From positions 14,136,001 to 14,200,000 of the forward strand of contig CM022678.1 in NCBI GenBank assembly GCA_012295275.1: a stretch of 64,000 nucleotides of DNA, in the 5' to 3' direction. Below are positions 28,757-40,589 of this stretch, in pieces. The translations under genes were made by a program, and so were the position numbers. The first letter of the stretch is position 1, and each line of letters opens with the position of its first letter. Under the pieces are notes generated by a model. That model was not told the origin of the DNA, did no database searches, and saw only the letters and a program-made list of their open reading frames with translations. This DNA is from Chrysomallon squamiferum. Its lineage: Eukaryota; Animalia; Mollusca.

Positions 28757-31712
28757 ATGGTAAGTTTGATAATGTTGGAACAATTTTATATTGACATTTA
28801 ACAGTTGTTTCTCATTACCTAAAATTGTGAATTAGCCATTCGGAACAGTTTGTTTAAAACAAGTTGGTAGGTGGAAAATAATAAAGATATAAAATGAAAA
28901 TATATAAATAAAGTAATAAAAACTTTGGAGGGCAAAAAAAGTATTAAGATTACACTTTAAAGCAATCTTCATGTTTAATATGTTTGAGATAGATGGAAAT
29001 AATTCACTGACGAATAATGTTCAGATTTGAAGGCTTGCTCAAATACTGTAATATACTAATATATATACTAATATAGGTATATATATATACACACACACAC
29101 ATGTACACTACTTGATATATATGTATCAAGTAGTATACAAAACATTGTTTGATGGATATTTTTAGTATTAACTGAGTTGCAACGTAACAAATCATGTAAC
29201 TTGAATATGACTTTGACTCTAATGTGTAATGACTGATGAATATCCATCATTTAATTGATCATACTTGACTGTCACAAAACAAAACTTAGAGTTAATTAGT
29301 TGAAAATATTTTAAACTTTTTTAATGTAAGTAGAGGCAGTTCTTATTTTTCAGCATTTGTTTGAAAAGTAATGTTATTTCTCTTTTGAAATGTTTGCACT
29401 ACATTTGTAAAGTAAGTTAACAGTTCACAATGCTAATTCTAACAATAGTATTAAATTAAAATATTAACAACAGCCAAAAATAATTAATACTGCTGATATA
29501 AATTAAAAACATTATTTATAAAATTTAAAATATTTAATTTAAAAAAATAAATATTGATAGAAATATTTTTCCTATTAGTTTGATTATAGATATATAAAAC
29601 AAAAGAATTTAGGTTCCCATGGCAAAAAGGAGATAACTCTGAAACTGCTGTTACTCGGAGATTTGTCAGTTGGAAAGACATGTATTTTAAGAAGATATGT
29701 TTTTAATTTCTTCACCCACATACAGCCTACTGTATCCTTAACAGCAGAAGAAAATAACATATTTAGTCAATTACAATTCTGTATAAATGTCAGAAGAGAT
29801 TTTAGTTGTTATTGTTTTGTTTGTTATTCATATTTATTTGTTTTTTCTTTTCTTTCATATGGTTAGACTAATGTCTAGAGAGCATGTTACTAAACCACAT
29901 ACATACATGTCAAGACAGCTATTTGTAATTAACTTTAATATATGTATTTGTGTGTGTGTGTGTGTCTGTGTGATCAAACTTAAATCACACATGTACATTC
30001 TTCTTGTAAACATTTTCTTTAAATTGCCCAGTGACTTAAATCTAAGAAAAGCCTACTTACTAACTTACTAACCACTGTATGTATGATTAGTATATATAGT
30101 TGCTGTATGGTTTGCATTTGTTGGTTCCTTAACTACCAATTTTCACTGCAGAGCTAATAAAATCTACACATACTTTTAAAGATTGTGCTTTACTTCTTAT
30201 AAATATTTTACGCATTTAATTAGTGATTGTCCCATCATTAGGAATACTGACATAACAAATATATAGTTTGTATATGATCAGGTTTTATTACATTACCATT
30301 ATTAAGTCCAATTCATGCAGAAGTCCTGAATGTTTTGTAACAGTGTATATGTATCCCTTACTTGAAGATAAATTGAGTCATTTTTGATTCAAAGTGTGAT
30401 CACTCAAGGACCAAAAGTTTTGAATGGTGACCAATACTTTGGTCAGTTAAAATAGACAGGAAGATAAGCTGGGGTTACAGTGGCAAAAGTCTGACCTGTT
30501 CTTGATCTGTTTTTGGAATTTGTTGGTTTATTTTTTTCAGGCAAGTGGTGGTGATAAAAAAGAACATCTGTACAAGATCCTGGTGATCGGAGAGCTTGGA
30601 ACAGGAAAAACTAGCATCATCAAACGTTACGTTCATCAGTTTTTTTCACAGCATTATAGGGCCACAGTATCCTTAAATTTCACCTGCTAAACCCAAATAT
30701 TAAAGCTATTTATGTTTCAGCAAACTTTAAAATCATAAATTGAAAATAAATTAAAATGAAAATAATGTATTACAAAAATTTTGATGACTGTTTTTAATTT
30801 CTCTTTTTAATTCTTATTTATTTATTGGCTTTATTATTATTTCTCTTGTTTTCAAATTTATTACAACTTTTTAAAAAAGAGTCTTTTGCATAAAATGTAA
30901 TGTGCTCTCTAGATTATATTCTAAGGGAAAAAGACTTTCTTTCTTTTGAAATGACCCAGTTAAAATAAATGGTACAGTTTAACAGAAAAATAAATACAAC
31001 TATATTGGATAATTGATCCCTTGATAAATCTGTATTAAGTTTTTAAAAATACTTTATCAGTTGATTAAAAATGAACAATAATATGAAATATCTTAATTTT
31101 CTCTTTTAAGATAACAACTACCCTATCATCTGAGGTCATAGTAACATAACACTACATACTCTACCTGCATTTTTTTCATGTTTTCTTTATTTATTGCTAA
31201 TTTAGAATTAATTTTTTTTTATAGAGATTTACAACATTTTTAAAGTGATAGCAATTAAGTTTAGTGAGATAAATTTGTCTTTTGTCAGTATTTAGACATC
31301 TGTTTTAAACTCATTCCTAAAAACGTTTGATAAAATATCACCTCACTTTATATTCTATATCTAGTTGAAAGGTCAGTACCCTGAACCACTGAAGATGTAT
31401 TAGATAAATGCTGATACAGTAGCTGTACTCTCTCTGTTATGATTAAACTACATCGATGGCAAATAAAAAACATCTTGTATAAGAAATAACAATAGGAACT
31501 TTCCTTAACACATTAAGATTGGAGTAGACTTTGCTCTAAAGGTTTTGAACTGGGATGCTGACACATTGATTCGTCTACAGTTATGGGATATTGCAGGTAT
31601 TCAAATATATATATTAAAACAGCATTTAAAAGATAATAAATTAACTTAAATATAATAATATAACAAAATGGCTTAAGCATTCTTATTTGTTATTTATTTC
31701 TATGTTTTTTAC

Positions 31713-31755
<43 letters not shown>

Positions 31756-33372
31756 ATATTAAAAAATTATTATATCATGAATAAGTGTTTTATTTTTAAA
31801 ATCAGTTGTGATTTCAAAGCATATATATTATTTATTTATATCAGGTCAAGAAAGGTTTGGGAACATGACGAGGGTTTACTACAAAGAGGCTGTTGGAGCT
31901 TTTGTTGTGTTTGATGTTACCCGTGCTTCAACATTTGAGCTTGTTACAAAGTGGAAGAATGATCTTGACAGTAAAGTTCAGCTTCCTGACGGCAGCCCAG
32001 TTCCATGTCTGCTCTTAGCAAATAAGGTTTTTTTTAGCATTATACTTAAATAATATATTTCTATTTTGTAATAATTGATCTGTACCATATTTCTTTGATT
32101 AAGCTTCACATTCAACTAACATATTTCTGTCATAATGACAAGAAGAAAAATTCCAGGTTTTTCCCTCTGCATTCAAGCTGAGCCAAAACATATTTAGAAA
32201 TTATAATGGATGTAGTGGTACTGTATTCTGCATACTTATAAGTTGACTTAGTGTAAGTATACAGACATTACAAAGTAAATCCAAATGTATGTTAAGTCTT
32301 GTTATAAAATATATTTTTCATTTCTCACAGTTGTTTGACAAGAGTACCAGCTTGTTTTAATCTAACTTCATATTTGAAATTATCCTGACAAATAAACATT
32401 CTGAAAGATTAAAAATATCATCCATTTGCCTATTTATATGACAGTTTTTGTGTAGTGTAAAATATCAGTTATGGTAAAAGTTATTTATATTGATATATTA
32501 ATAATATTGTTTTTCTGTTTATTTATATTGATATGTCAATAATATTATTTTGCCCTTTATTAAATGTTTTGTTACAGTGTGACCAGGCAAAGGAAGGTTT
32601 AGTAAATAACTCTACTCAGATGGATGAGTTCTGTAAAGACAAAGGTTTTATAGGATGGTTTGAGACATCAGCAAAAGAAAACATCAACATAGATGAGGCA
32701 GCTCGGTTTCTTGTTACAAAAGTAAGTAAAACTCACAGATTAGTGTATTCAAATTATATTAAAAACTTAAAAATTATTTAAGAGATACTGTCATATACTG
32801 GACTAGCAATAAGTGTTTTTGTTGTTTATTTTTTTAAATAAGTTTTGAAGACTCTTGTCATTAAAACTTTACTAATACATTATCTTTTTAATATTATTTG
32901 ACATTAACAAATGTTAAATAAAGTTACACTATTAAACTGCATTTTTTTATTGTATTTTTCTACTATTCTTCTTTACTTTTTTCAATTTATCTTTATTTCT
33001 TTCTTTACTGAATTATTTTACTTCCTTTAGGTGAAATATTACACATTTTTTCATTAGTTGTAATGATTTTTATATTTGTTTTCAATTCATCTTAGAAGAA
33101 AAAGTATTCTGTAAATAAAATAAACAAAAATAACTGTTTTTATTGAATTGCATTTATTTTAATTACTGTTTAGTTTAATTTGCATGTTTTCTTTTAGTTA
33201 TTTTGTTCAATGTTTAATGCACTACTTGTTAGCTTAAATTTTGGTTTATCTGTAGATATTGGAGAAAGATCAAACATTAAAGTTAGGAGAACAAGAAAGT
33301 GACCCAGACAGAATACTTGTCAATGGTGACAACAGTCAAGGAAGGGAAGAAAAAAAATCAACATGCTGCTAA
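28757..33372 (+). CDS. RAB32: Ras-related protein Rab-32/38 (canonical isoform), 6 coding exons, 216 aa
   Basis: Exons 28757-28759 (ATG only), 30541-30666, 31518-31596, 31845-32026, 32578-32721, 33256-33372 (651 nt). Motifs GELGTGKT, RATIGVDF, WDIAGQE (Rab32/38 signature), NKCD, ETSAK and a C-terminal CC prenylation motif. Confidence 0.96.
29579..29731 (+). CDS. RAB32: Alternative (duplicated) RAB32 exon 2A encoding a variant P-loop/switch I
   Basis: Phase-0 acceptor tttttcctattag; 153 nt open frame FDYRYIKQKNLGSHGKKEITLKLLLLGDLSVGKTCILRRYVFNFFTHIQPT; ends at a phase-0 U12 donor GTATCCTTAA at the position homologous to canonical exon 2B. Confidence 0.8.
30667..31517 (+). other. U12-type (minor spliceosome) GT-AG intron in RAB32
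   Basis: 5' site GTATCCTT at 30667; branch point TTCCTTAAC at 31501-31509; AG at 31516-31517 with no polypyrimidine tract. Confidence 0.95.
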
Positions 33373-35490
33373 TTTTTTCAGAAAGATTTTTTATTTTATA
33401 TTGCAGTTCATCATACTGCAGATTATTAATTTATATATTATGACAAAATTTACAAAGGATTTTGTAACACTTGTTCTTTATAAATTGAATTAAAATGATT
33501 TAAATGTTGTTGACATAAGCAGTGTGATATCATGTAAGATAACCACAGTGGATGAGCAGGTTGGTGGTTTGTCTTTTTTTTGAATGGTTTATAACTCATA
33601 TGCTAAACTATACTAAATAAAAAACAAAATTTAATAATAAAATAAATAAATATAGATAACAAACTAATAAAATATAATTCCATACTCTTTAATTTTTGAC
33701 ATACCCACCATACATATATAATTTATTATAATTTAAACATGAACTAAATATAATTTTTTTCTTATTTTATGTTTATTTAAGTAACGGGTTTAGTTGGGCA
33801 TTTATAAATCACTAGAATATTGGAATCTTTTGACTTTTTTAAACATGTTTTAGTGTGTTGGACAGTATCCATTCAGATTTCATGCGGGGGTTAAAGTGTA
33901 GTTAAGAGGTATCAATTACAAATTCCACAGTAATCTGATAAATACAGAAAATTATTTGTACATCAAAATGTTTTATTAAAATATTATATGAAAATCTTTG
34001 TGTTAACAGTAAAACAAAACTAATTTATTTAAAAATACATTTTGAAACTAACTGAATATGTTAGATTTCACAGACTGACATAACAGGTATAAGTGAATCA
34101 ATGTTAAATTTGTTCTGATTTGACGTACTAGTACTACTGAAGTGTTATTTCACAACACACACACACACACACACACATGCATATGTATGTAATGAACACA
34201 TCAATTAACACATCAGCAGTACTAATATGTCTTGGATAATTATAATTACTATAGTGTATTTTATAGGCACAAATTGAACATAGATTTGTTTTTTCAGATT
34301 TGTAAACAAGATCCATCATTTCAAACTGAATTATGCACTTCAGAAATGTCTTTCTGTTACTTGAAATCTTTTCTAAACTGGTTTGCAAATGCCAAGCAAG
34401 AAATTGGATGTTTTGAAATATTTTAGGATTGTTGTTTTAAAAGGAATTCTATTACTGAAAGATAATTTTATTGGATGTCTCAATTTTAATTTTTTATGTA
34501 GAAATCCTATTAATTTTTAATCTGTTTGTATGTGTGTGTGTTCACAAGCTGTTAGTGAATTATAATTTATTTTGTTTCTAAATTTATTTTTAAAGCTCAG
34601 ATGTTTGAAATTTTATTTGTAAAGTTTGTTCAGAATTATATTAGAAAACAAAAACTTAATTTTTAAATAATAAATTTCTGATCAGGTGAAAAACAAACCT
34701 GTTTTTAGTTATGAATATTTTTATGGTGTTTTATTCTTCTTCGTTTGTTTAAATCAGTATTCATGAGTCATAAATTTATTATTTATTTAGATTTTTATAA
34801 GATCAGAAATAGTTCAATGTTAACTTGGTGTATTGATATTATATACATGTACTTTTGTTTTATTAAATACACACTGTATGGTTTGCTTCATAGAAATGTT
34901 TATTAATTATTATTTTAAACTTAAGTAAATCCATGCATTCATTTATTTATTATATCTGGATTGTTTACAAGATACATTGTATTTCAGAATTCATTTTGAT
35001 ATTCATAATTAGATTCAAAATTTTATTATTAATTTAAATAACTTCCATTGAAGTAAATTGATAAATATTTAGAGTAAAAAGATTTAAGTGTGAAATGAAT
35101 TAACTTTGGGAAGATAAAATGGTTAATAATTTTCTTTTTTAAATAAATGTAAATGTTATAACTTATGTATTTCAAAATTTTATTTTTTCTTACTTGTCTC
35201 ATTTATAATTTAAAAAGACAAAGATGTTTGCCTTATTATATCATGCAGTATACATTTTATTACATTGTAAATAAAAAAGTAAATTCTGTTGACTCTGTTT
35301 GTAAAAAATGTTGAAGTAGTTTACATTCTGAAAATTACCACATCAAGATTATTAATGTATTGCACACACACACACACACACGCATGCGCACAGCAGTGAC
35401 AGACTGGTAATAAAAAGAAAGGGAATCCCAACCACAATGACAGTGATGTCTGTCAAATTTAAAATATATATGTAAGTAGAGAACATCTCT

Positions 35491-36454
35491 TTTAAAGTAC
35501 TTTAATCTTGTATATCTAACATTTACAATGCACCTAACACTTTGGGCAGTTGAAATTGTTCTCTTGGTATAATATCTCTTCCAAATAAAAGCAGACATAA
35601 TTGTATCGAGTGTAGGCCTATACTAACTTAAATACAGAATGTCTTAACTAAATCTTTTAATTACTTTTGAAATTTTAATTGGTGGATATTTTAAAATAGT
35701 TTACTGTTACTGCACATTTTACACATTAACAGATAGTTCAAAACTACAATGCATGTTGTTTTAAAAATGTCTGCTTACACTGGACTTGAATAACTGTGCA
35801 GATTATTTTATAAAGGTCACTGAATGACTTATATTATGAATTATGAAATCTGTGTCTGTTCATGTGAAGGTGCATGCGTGACCAAGCCCAACCCCTTTCT
35901 AAAATTCAGTTTAATATTGATGGCCTCTAGGGCTTAAATGTTTTAAAACTGAAATGACTACATGTATTAAATTTTAAAACTGATTGTTATCCATCTGATA
36001 TGTTAAATTTGTTACCAATTTCTTACCGTTCATCAACTTGAAAATCTTGTTTAATGTTCTGTTACTTAACATTATTGCAATCAAGCGTAATGTTAAATAA
36101 AAAATTTAAATGTAATAAATTAATTATCATGAATATGTACACTATTGTATCAGATTATCTAAAGTAAATTATTCATTAAGAACAAACGTTTTATTGGCAA
36201 CGTATATAAATACCTCTCTATAACAATAATTTTAACATCGCTGTCATCGACTCCGTGCCGCCGACGTCTATGAATTGATGCAAAACGACTCTGGAAAGAA
36301 ATGATGATGCATGGTCGCGTGAAAATAACGTAAATGTTAACCCATCGCAAGCTAAGAAGCTTTCTATAATGATTCTCACGAATAGGCACGGACTCGAACA
36401 AACAAACTTATACACTATTGCATGTTAGTATCTATATTAAGCTGTTAAGAACAA

Positions 36455-36486
<32 letters not shown>

Positions 36487-37598
36487 TGTTATAGTAATAT
36501 TAAATTAATTGACGGTACCGGGTGGAGAGTATTGGGATGATTTCCGCATGCGCGCTCACAATTATACATACGCACGGACTCGTGATACTTAAATAAATTA
36601 ATTAATAAGAAAGAACATGTAAACTGTTGTACTGAAGTAAGTAAAGTAAATTCTCTATTATAAAGAAAAACATAATTACATGAATTATGTGCATGTTTCA
36701 TACAACTTTACTAATTTCACAGAATATTATGTTGCAAGAAATTTAGCGAGGTAATGTTATTATCATGAACTGTGTCAAAGAAAGAAAACTTATTAAAGTA
36801 GAAAACATTACACAATTATGAAAGTCCCGATAAACACACAGACGCCGTTTCATTATGAAATGGATTGAATTCAAAACTGGAAAAGAAGCGTTTTATTTTC
36901 TGCTGGAATGAATTGTTCCACAATACATTTATATTTTGCTTACCCTTACAAACGACAAAACGATATCGCTATGTTTGCTCTGCAGTCGCCGAAGTACTGG
37001 CCGATTTCAAAATACTTAAGATATATATTCATTCCCTGTGATGCATTATTTCATTTTCTGTTTTCGAATCTGAAATTATTTTGAGTGCGGCAGGTCACCA
37101 TCCTCTGACAGAAAAGTCTTTCAAAAACCCGATTTTCAACGTTTTGCATCGGTTCTTGTCAGCTTAATATCTGATATGTCCCACATATACAGAATGGATC
37201 ATTGATATAAGCAATATCAATAAACATATAAATTAAATGAAATAATAACTTAATGAATAAAATCATATTCACTATTGTGTAAAAAGTATCTAAAGTAAAT
37301 TAGCTAACAAGAACTGTACCACACACACATACACACACGCGCGCGCGCGCGTTTTATAGTAATATTAAATGAATGTAAACTTATGAGGAGTTCGGGGATG
37401 GTTCACAGATATACTTACTTTTTTCATTTGCTGTTTTATTATTTTATAAATATTTTTTTTTTGTGTGTTAATGATTTGTATTTGTTTCACTCATATATCA
37501 CATTATATTACTTAAGTAAACAAATTCCCAAAATAGTATTCTGTGAAATTAATATGCGGATATGAAGCATGTATATAACTATATATTACATTACATAC

Positions 37599-37661
<63 letters not shown>

Positions 37662-37734
37662 TGTGTTTCTGAAATGAGTTTCTTTAATAAATTATTTGTT
37701 TTATATTCTTTGATACAATAGTATTAATTAACAA

Positions 37735-37798
<64 letters not shown>

Positions 37799-37970
37799 AG
37801 TGATTGTGTCTGTATGTGTGTTCATATTATATTAGTAAATTACATTAAAGAAATCGATACAATTATGTCTGCTTTTATTTGGAAGAGATATTATACCAAG
37901 AGAACAATTTCAACTGCCCAAAGTGTTAGGTGCGTTGTAAATGTTAGATACAAAATTAAAGTACTTTAAA
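35491..37970. repeat. ~118-bp inverted repeat pair (35491-35609 and 37854-37970), ~2.2 kb apart
   Basis: tttaaagtacttt...gcagacataattgtatcga is matched almost exactly by its reverse complement tcgatacaattatgtctgc...aagtactttaaa. Confidence 0.9.
37146..37181 (+). pseudogene. U2 snRNA fragment (stem-loop IIa region)
   Basis: gcatcggttcttgtcagcttaatatctgatatgtcc versus U2 GTATCTGTTCTTATCAG(T/C)TTAATATCTGATACGTCC, about 31-32 of 36 identical; no U2 5' end or Sm site. Confidence 0.6.
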
Positions 37971-39016
37971 GATTTCTTATTTCAGATGGAATATCATTAA
38001 TAGAAGATATTAAAATTTAAACAAAATAAATGTCGTTATGTACTTATTACATTGATGATCTATGAACTGTGTTAATTTTATATTACAGAAAAATAAGACC
38101 TAGTTTTGTTAATTCAATTATTATAATGATAAATTATTAAATTAATTAATAACTTAATAAATACATAAATATATTTAAAATTTTTTAAAAATATACATTT
38201 TATATGTATGAACATGTACATAATTATATACATATTAAATTATAATATTTATTCTTAATAGATCACTTATTTTACATGCTTTGATAGATATAGTATTTAT
38301 TTAAAGAGCGTGCCCCTGTGCTGTTGTGTGTGGTGGATTTGTTTGTGCGCATGCGTGAACATGCCCCGAGCACCTCACCCCTTTCCATGAATCGTGCGTT
38401 TTCTAATTCCGAATTCAACCCATCTAATAATGACACGATTGTCTGTGGTTATATTGTAACATTTATAATGTTTTGCAGATTAATAATTTCTGTATTTTTT
38501 TTATACATTCATGATAAGAATAAAATTACCTCTCGATATTTCTCGTTTTATTCTGTGGCTTTGATATATTAGTATAAAACAGGTAAATAATTATCTACAT
38601 ATGCTTAACACAATGGTTTAGTTTACTGGCTTATTAATTGCCAATTATTTACCAATTACGAAATAGCTATTGCTTGATCTTACCATGGAAAACTCCACGC
38701 ACAATAATAAGAATAATAATAATAATAATAATAATAAACAAACAATTCATTAAATATTATATATTTATTACGGGTTGTTTTTGTGTTACCTTTATAACAT
38801 TATACATTCTTGTAAAATTAGTTAAATCAAAATACAAACCACTGTCAAAAACCAAAACAAAAGAAAAATAAACTAAATAAATAAATAAATAAATAAATAA
38901 ATCTAACAACATTATAATAGTGTAAAAAAAAAAAAAAAAAAAACTATGCCAAAGCAAAATACAAACAAGAAAAGAAAACCAACAAATATTTTGAATGTGA
39001 CATATTTCTGTTTTGT

Positions 39017-39751
39017 TCAGTTTTTGTTAGTCCAAACATAAACGTTATCTGGGTCATCAGATGAATGAAAAGTACGTTTAACTCCATTGGGACCAGACGT
39101 CATTGTAGAACTTTGAAAATGTCCCTTTCCGTCAAAAGTAGTGGCAGAAGCAGATGCAGAAGCAGATGCAGAAAAAGACGTGGTATCAGTCTGGTCACAT
39201 GACTCAGTGTTCTGCTGATCAGTCCATGTATAAACTCGATCTGGATCTTCTGATGAAAGGCGGGTGTATTTTACACCACTGCAGTCTGGTGACATAAAGG
39301 ATGACGTAGAATAATGTTTACCATCTGACGAAGTGGAACTTGAAGAAGAGGAAGAATATAAATTCGACGAAATTCCATTTCTTTTCTTCTTTTCTTTTGA
39401 CCTGTCCGAATTCTTTTCACTCTCGGAATACAAACGATCAACTGGTGAAAAATAATGACGTACTTGTTCTTTTGTCGTCTGCATTATGGTTTCGATTTGT
39501 CTTGCAACAGACTCATGATGTTTCCGTGCTAAGTCGTTTGCACGTTGGATGCCTTCTTCCATTACAACTGCATTCTTTTTAAATATTTCCTCTGCTGTTG
39601 AAATATGAGGCATGTCAAATACGTGAGTCACTTTATCTCCAGATGATGCTGTCGCTTCTGAAAAAGCGACTGAAGTCAATGACTCTGTCTTTTCACTAAC
39701 TGCCAAAGCTTTTTGTAACAATACAGCAAAAAATAATTTTAATGCGTCCAT
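39017..39751 (-). CDS. Orphan, probably secreted, Ser-rich protein (244 aa) with two copies of a ~45-aa repeat
   Basis: Uninterrupted non-microsatellite ORF after an acceptor (exon starts 39763). Signal-peptide-like MDALKLFFAVLLQKALA, a KKKR site, and a duplicated ...DGKxH...GVKxT..SS(E/D)DPDxVYxWT unit. Upstream donor GTGAGT at 40444 suggests a 5' non-coding exon. Confidence 0.75.
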   Translation of the reverse strand: MDALKLFFAVLLQKALAVSEKTESLTSVAFSEATASSGDKVTHVFDMPHISTAEEIFKKNAVVMEEGIQRANDLARKHHESVARQIETIMQTTKEQVRHYFSPVDRLYSESEKNSDRSKEKKKRNGISSNLYSSSSSSSTSSDGKHYSTSSFMSPDCSGVKYTRLSSEDPDRVYTWTDQQNTESCDQTDTTSFSASASASASATTFDGKGHFQSSTMTSGPNGVKRTFHSSDDPDNVYVWTNKN

Positions 39752-39805
39752 TCTTTTGAAAATCTGAAACAATAAAAAAATTATCCTTCATCATAACCTA
39801 CTTGT

Positions 39806-39892
<87 letters not shown>

Positions 39893-39935
39893 CATATGTG
39901 TGTGTGATAATAAAACTAGAATTTTGTGTAACTTA

Positions 39936-39967
<32 letters not shown>

Positions 39968-40589
39968 TTATAGGTTAAAATATAGATTTAACGTTATTAT
40001 CAAGGGAAAAAATGGGTCGGCAAACTTTAGAATGCGAACATTTGCACCTCCTGATCTAACCAGTGTTCGAAAATGAATTCTGTCTTACGTTATTGTTTTA
40101 CTTTCCTCTGGGATATACACGATTCTTGTTGATTACAAATATTAACAGCAAATAACAGTGGAATTGTCATGAGAAAACCGTTTATATTCTTGTATCGTAT
40201 GTTTCGACTAACAAGCTAACATTAAGACAGTCGTTTCAAAGGTTTTTTTTACAATTATATTTAATATCAAATACATTTTCTGATAGCCTGTCGCAGATAA
40301 ATAAAATTATAGAATAAATTTTATGTACTGTATTTTAAATTAGCACTACAGAGTAAATTTATCTGGGTTTTTTTCTTGTTTTGTTTTTTAATTTTTTATC
40401 AATAAACTCCATCATGTTTAAGAAAGGAAAAGCACAACACTCACCCTCACTGAATATCCTGTTTCTTTAGAGTAACGAGATATGCTATCAATATAATCTA
40501 GAGTCGGTTTATTTTGAAAGGTGCCAGAGGCAAACTTTTAAATCACTCGATAATTATTTATATGTCTGTTGTATTACGTGGCAGCCTGT

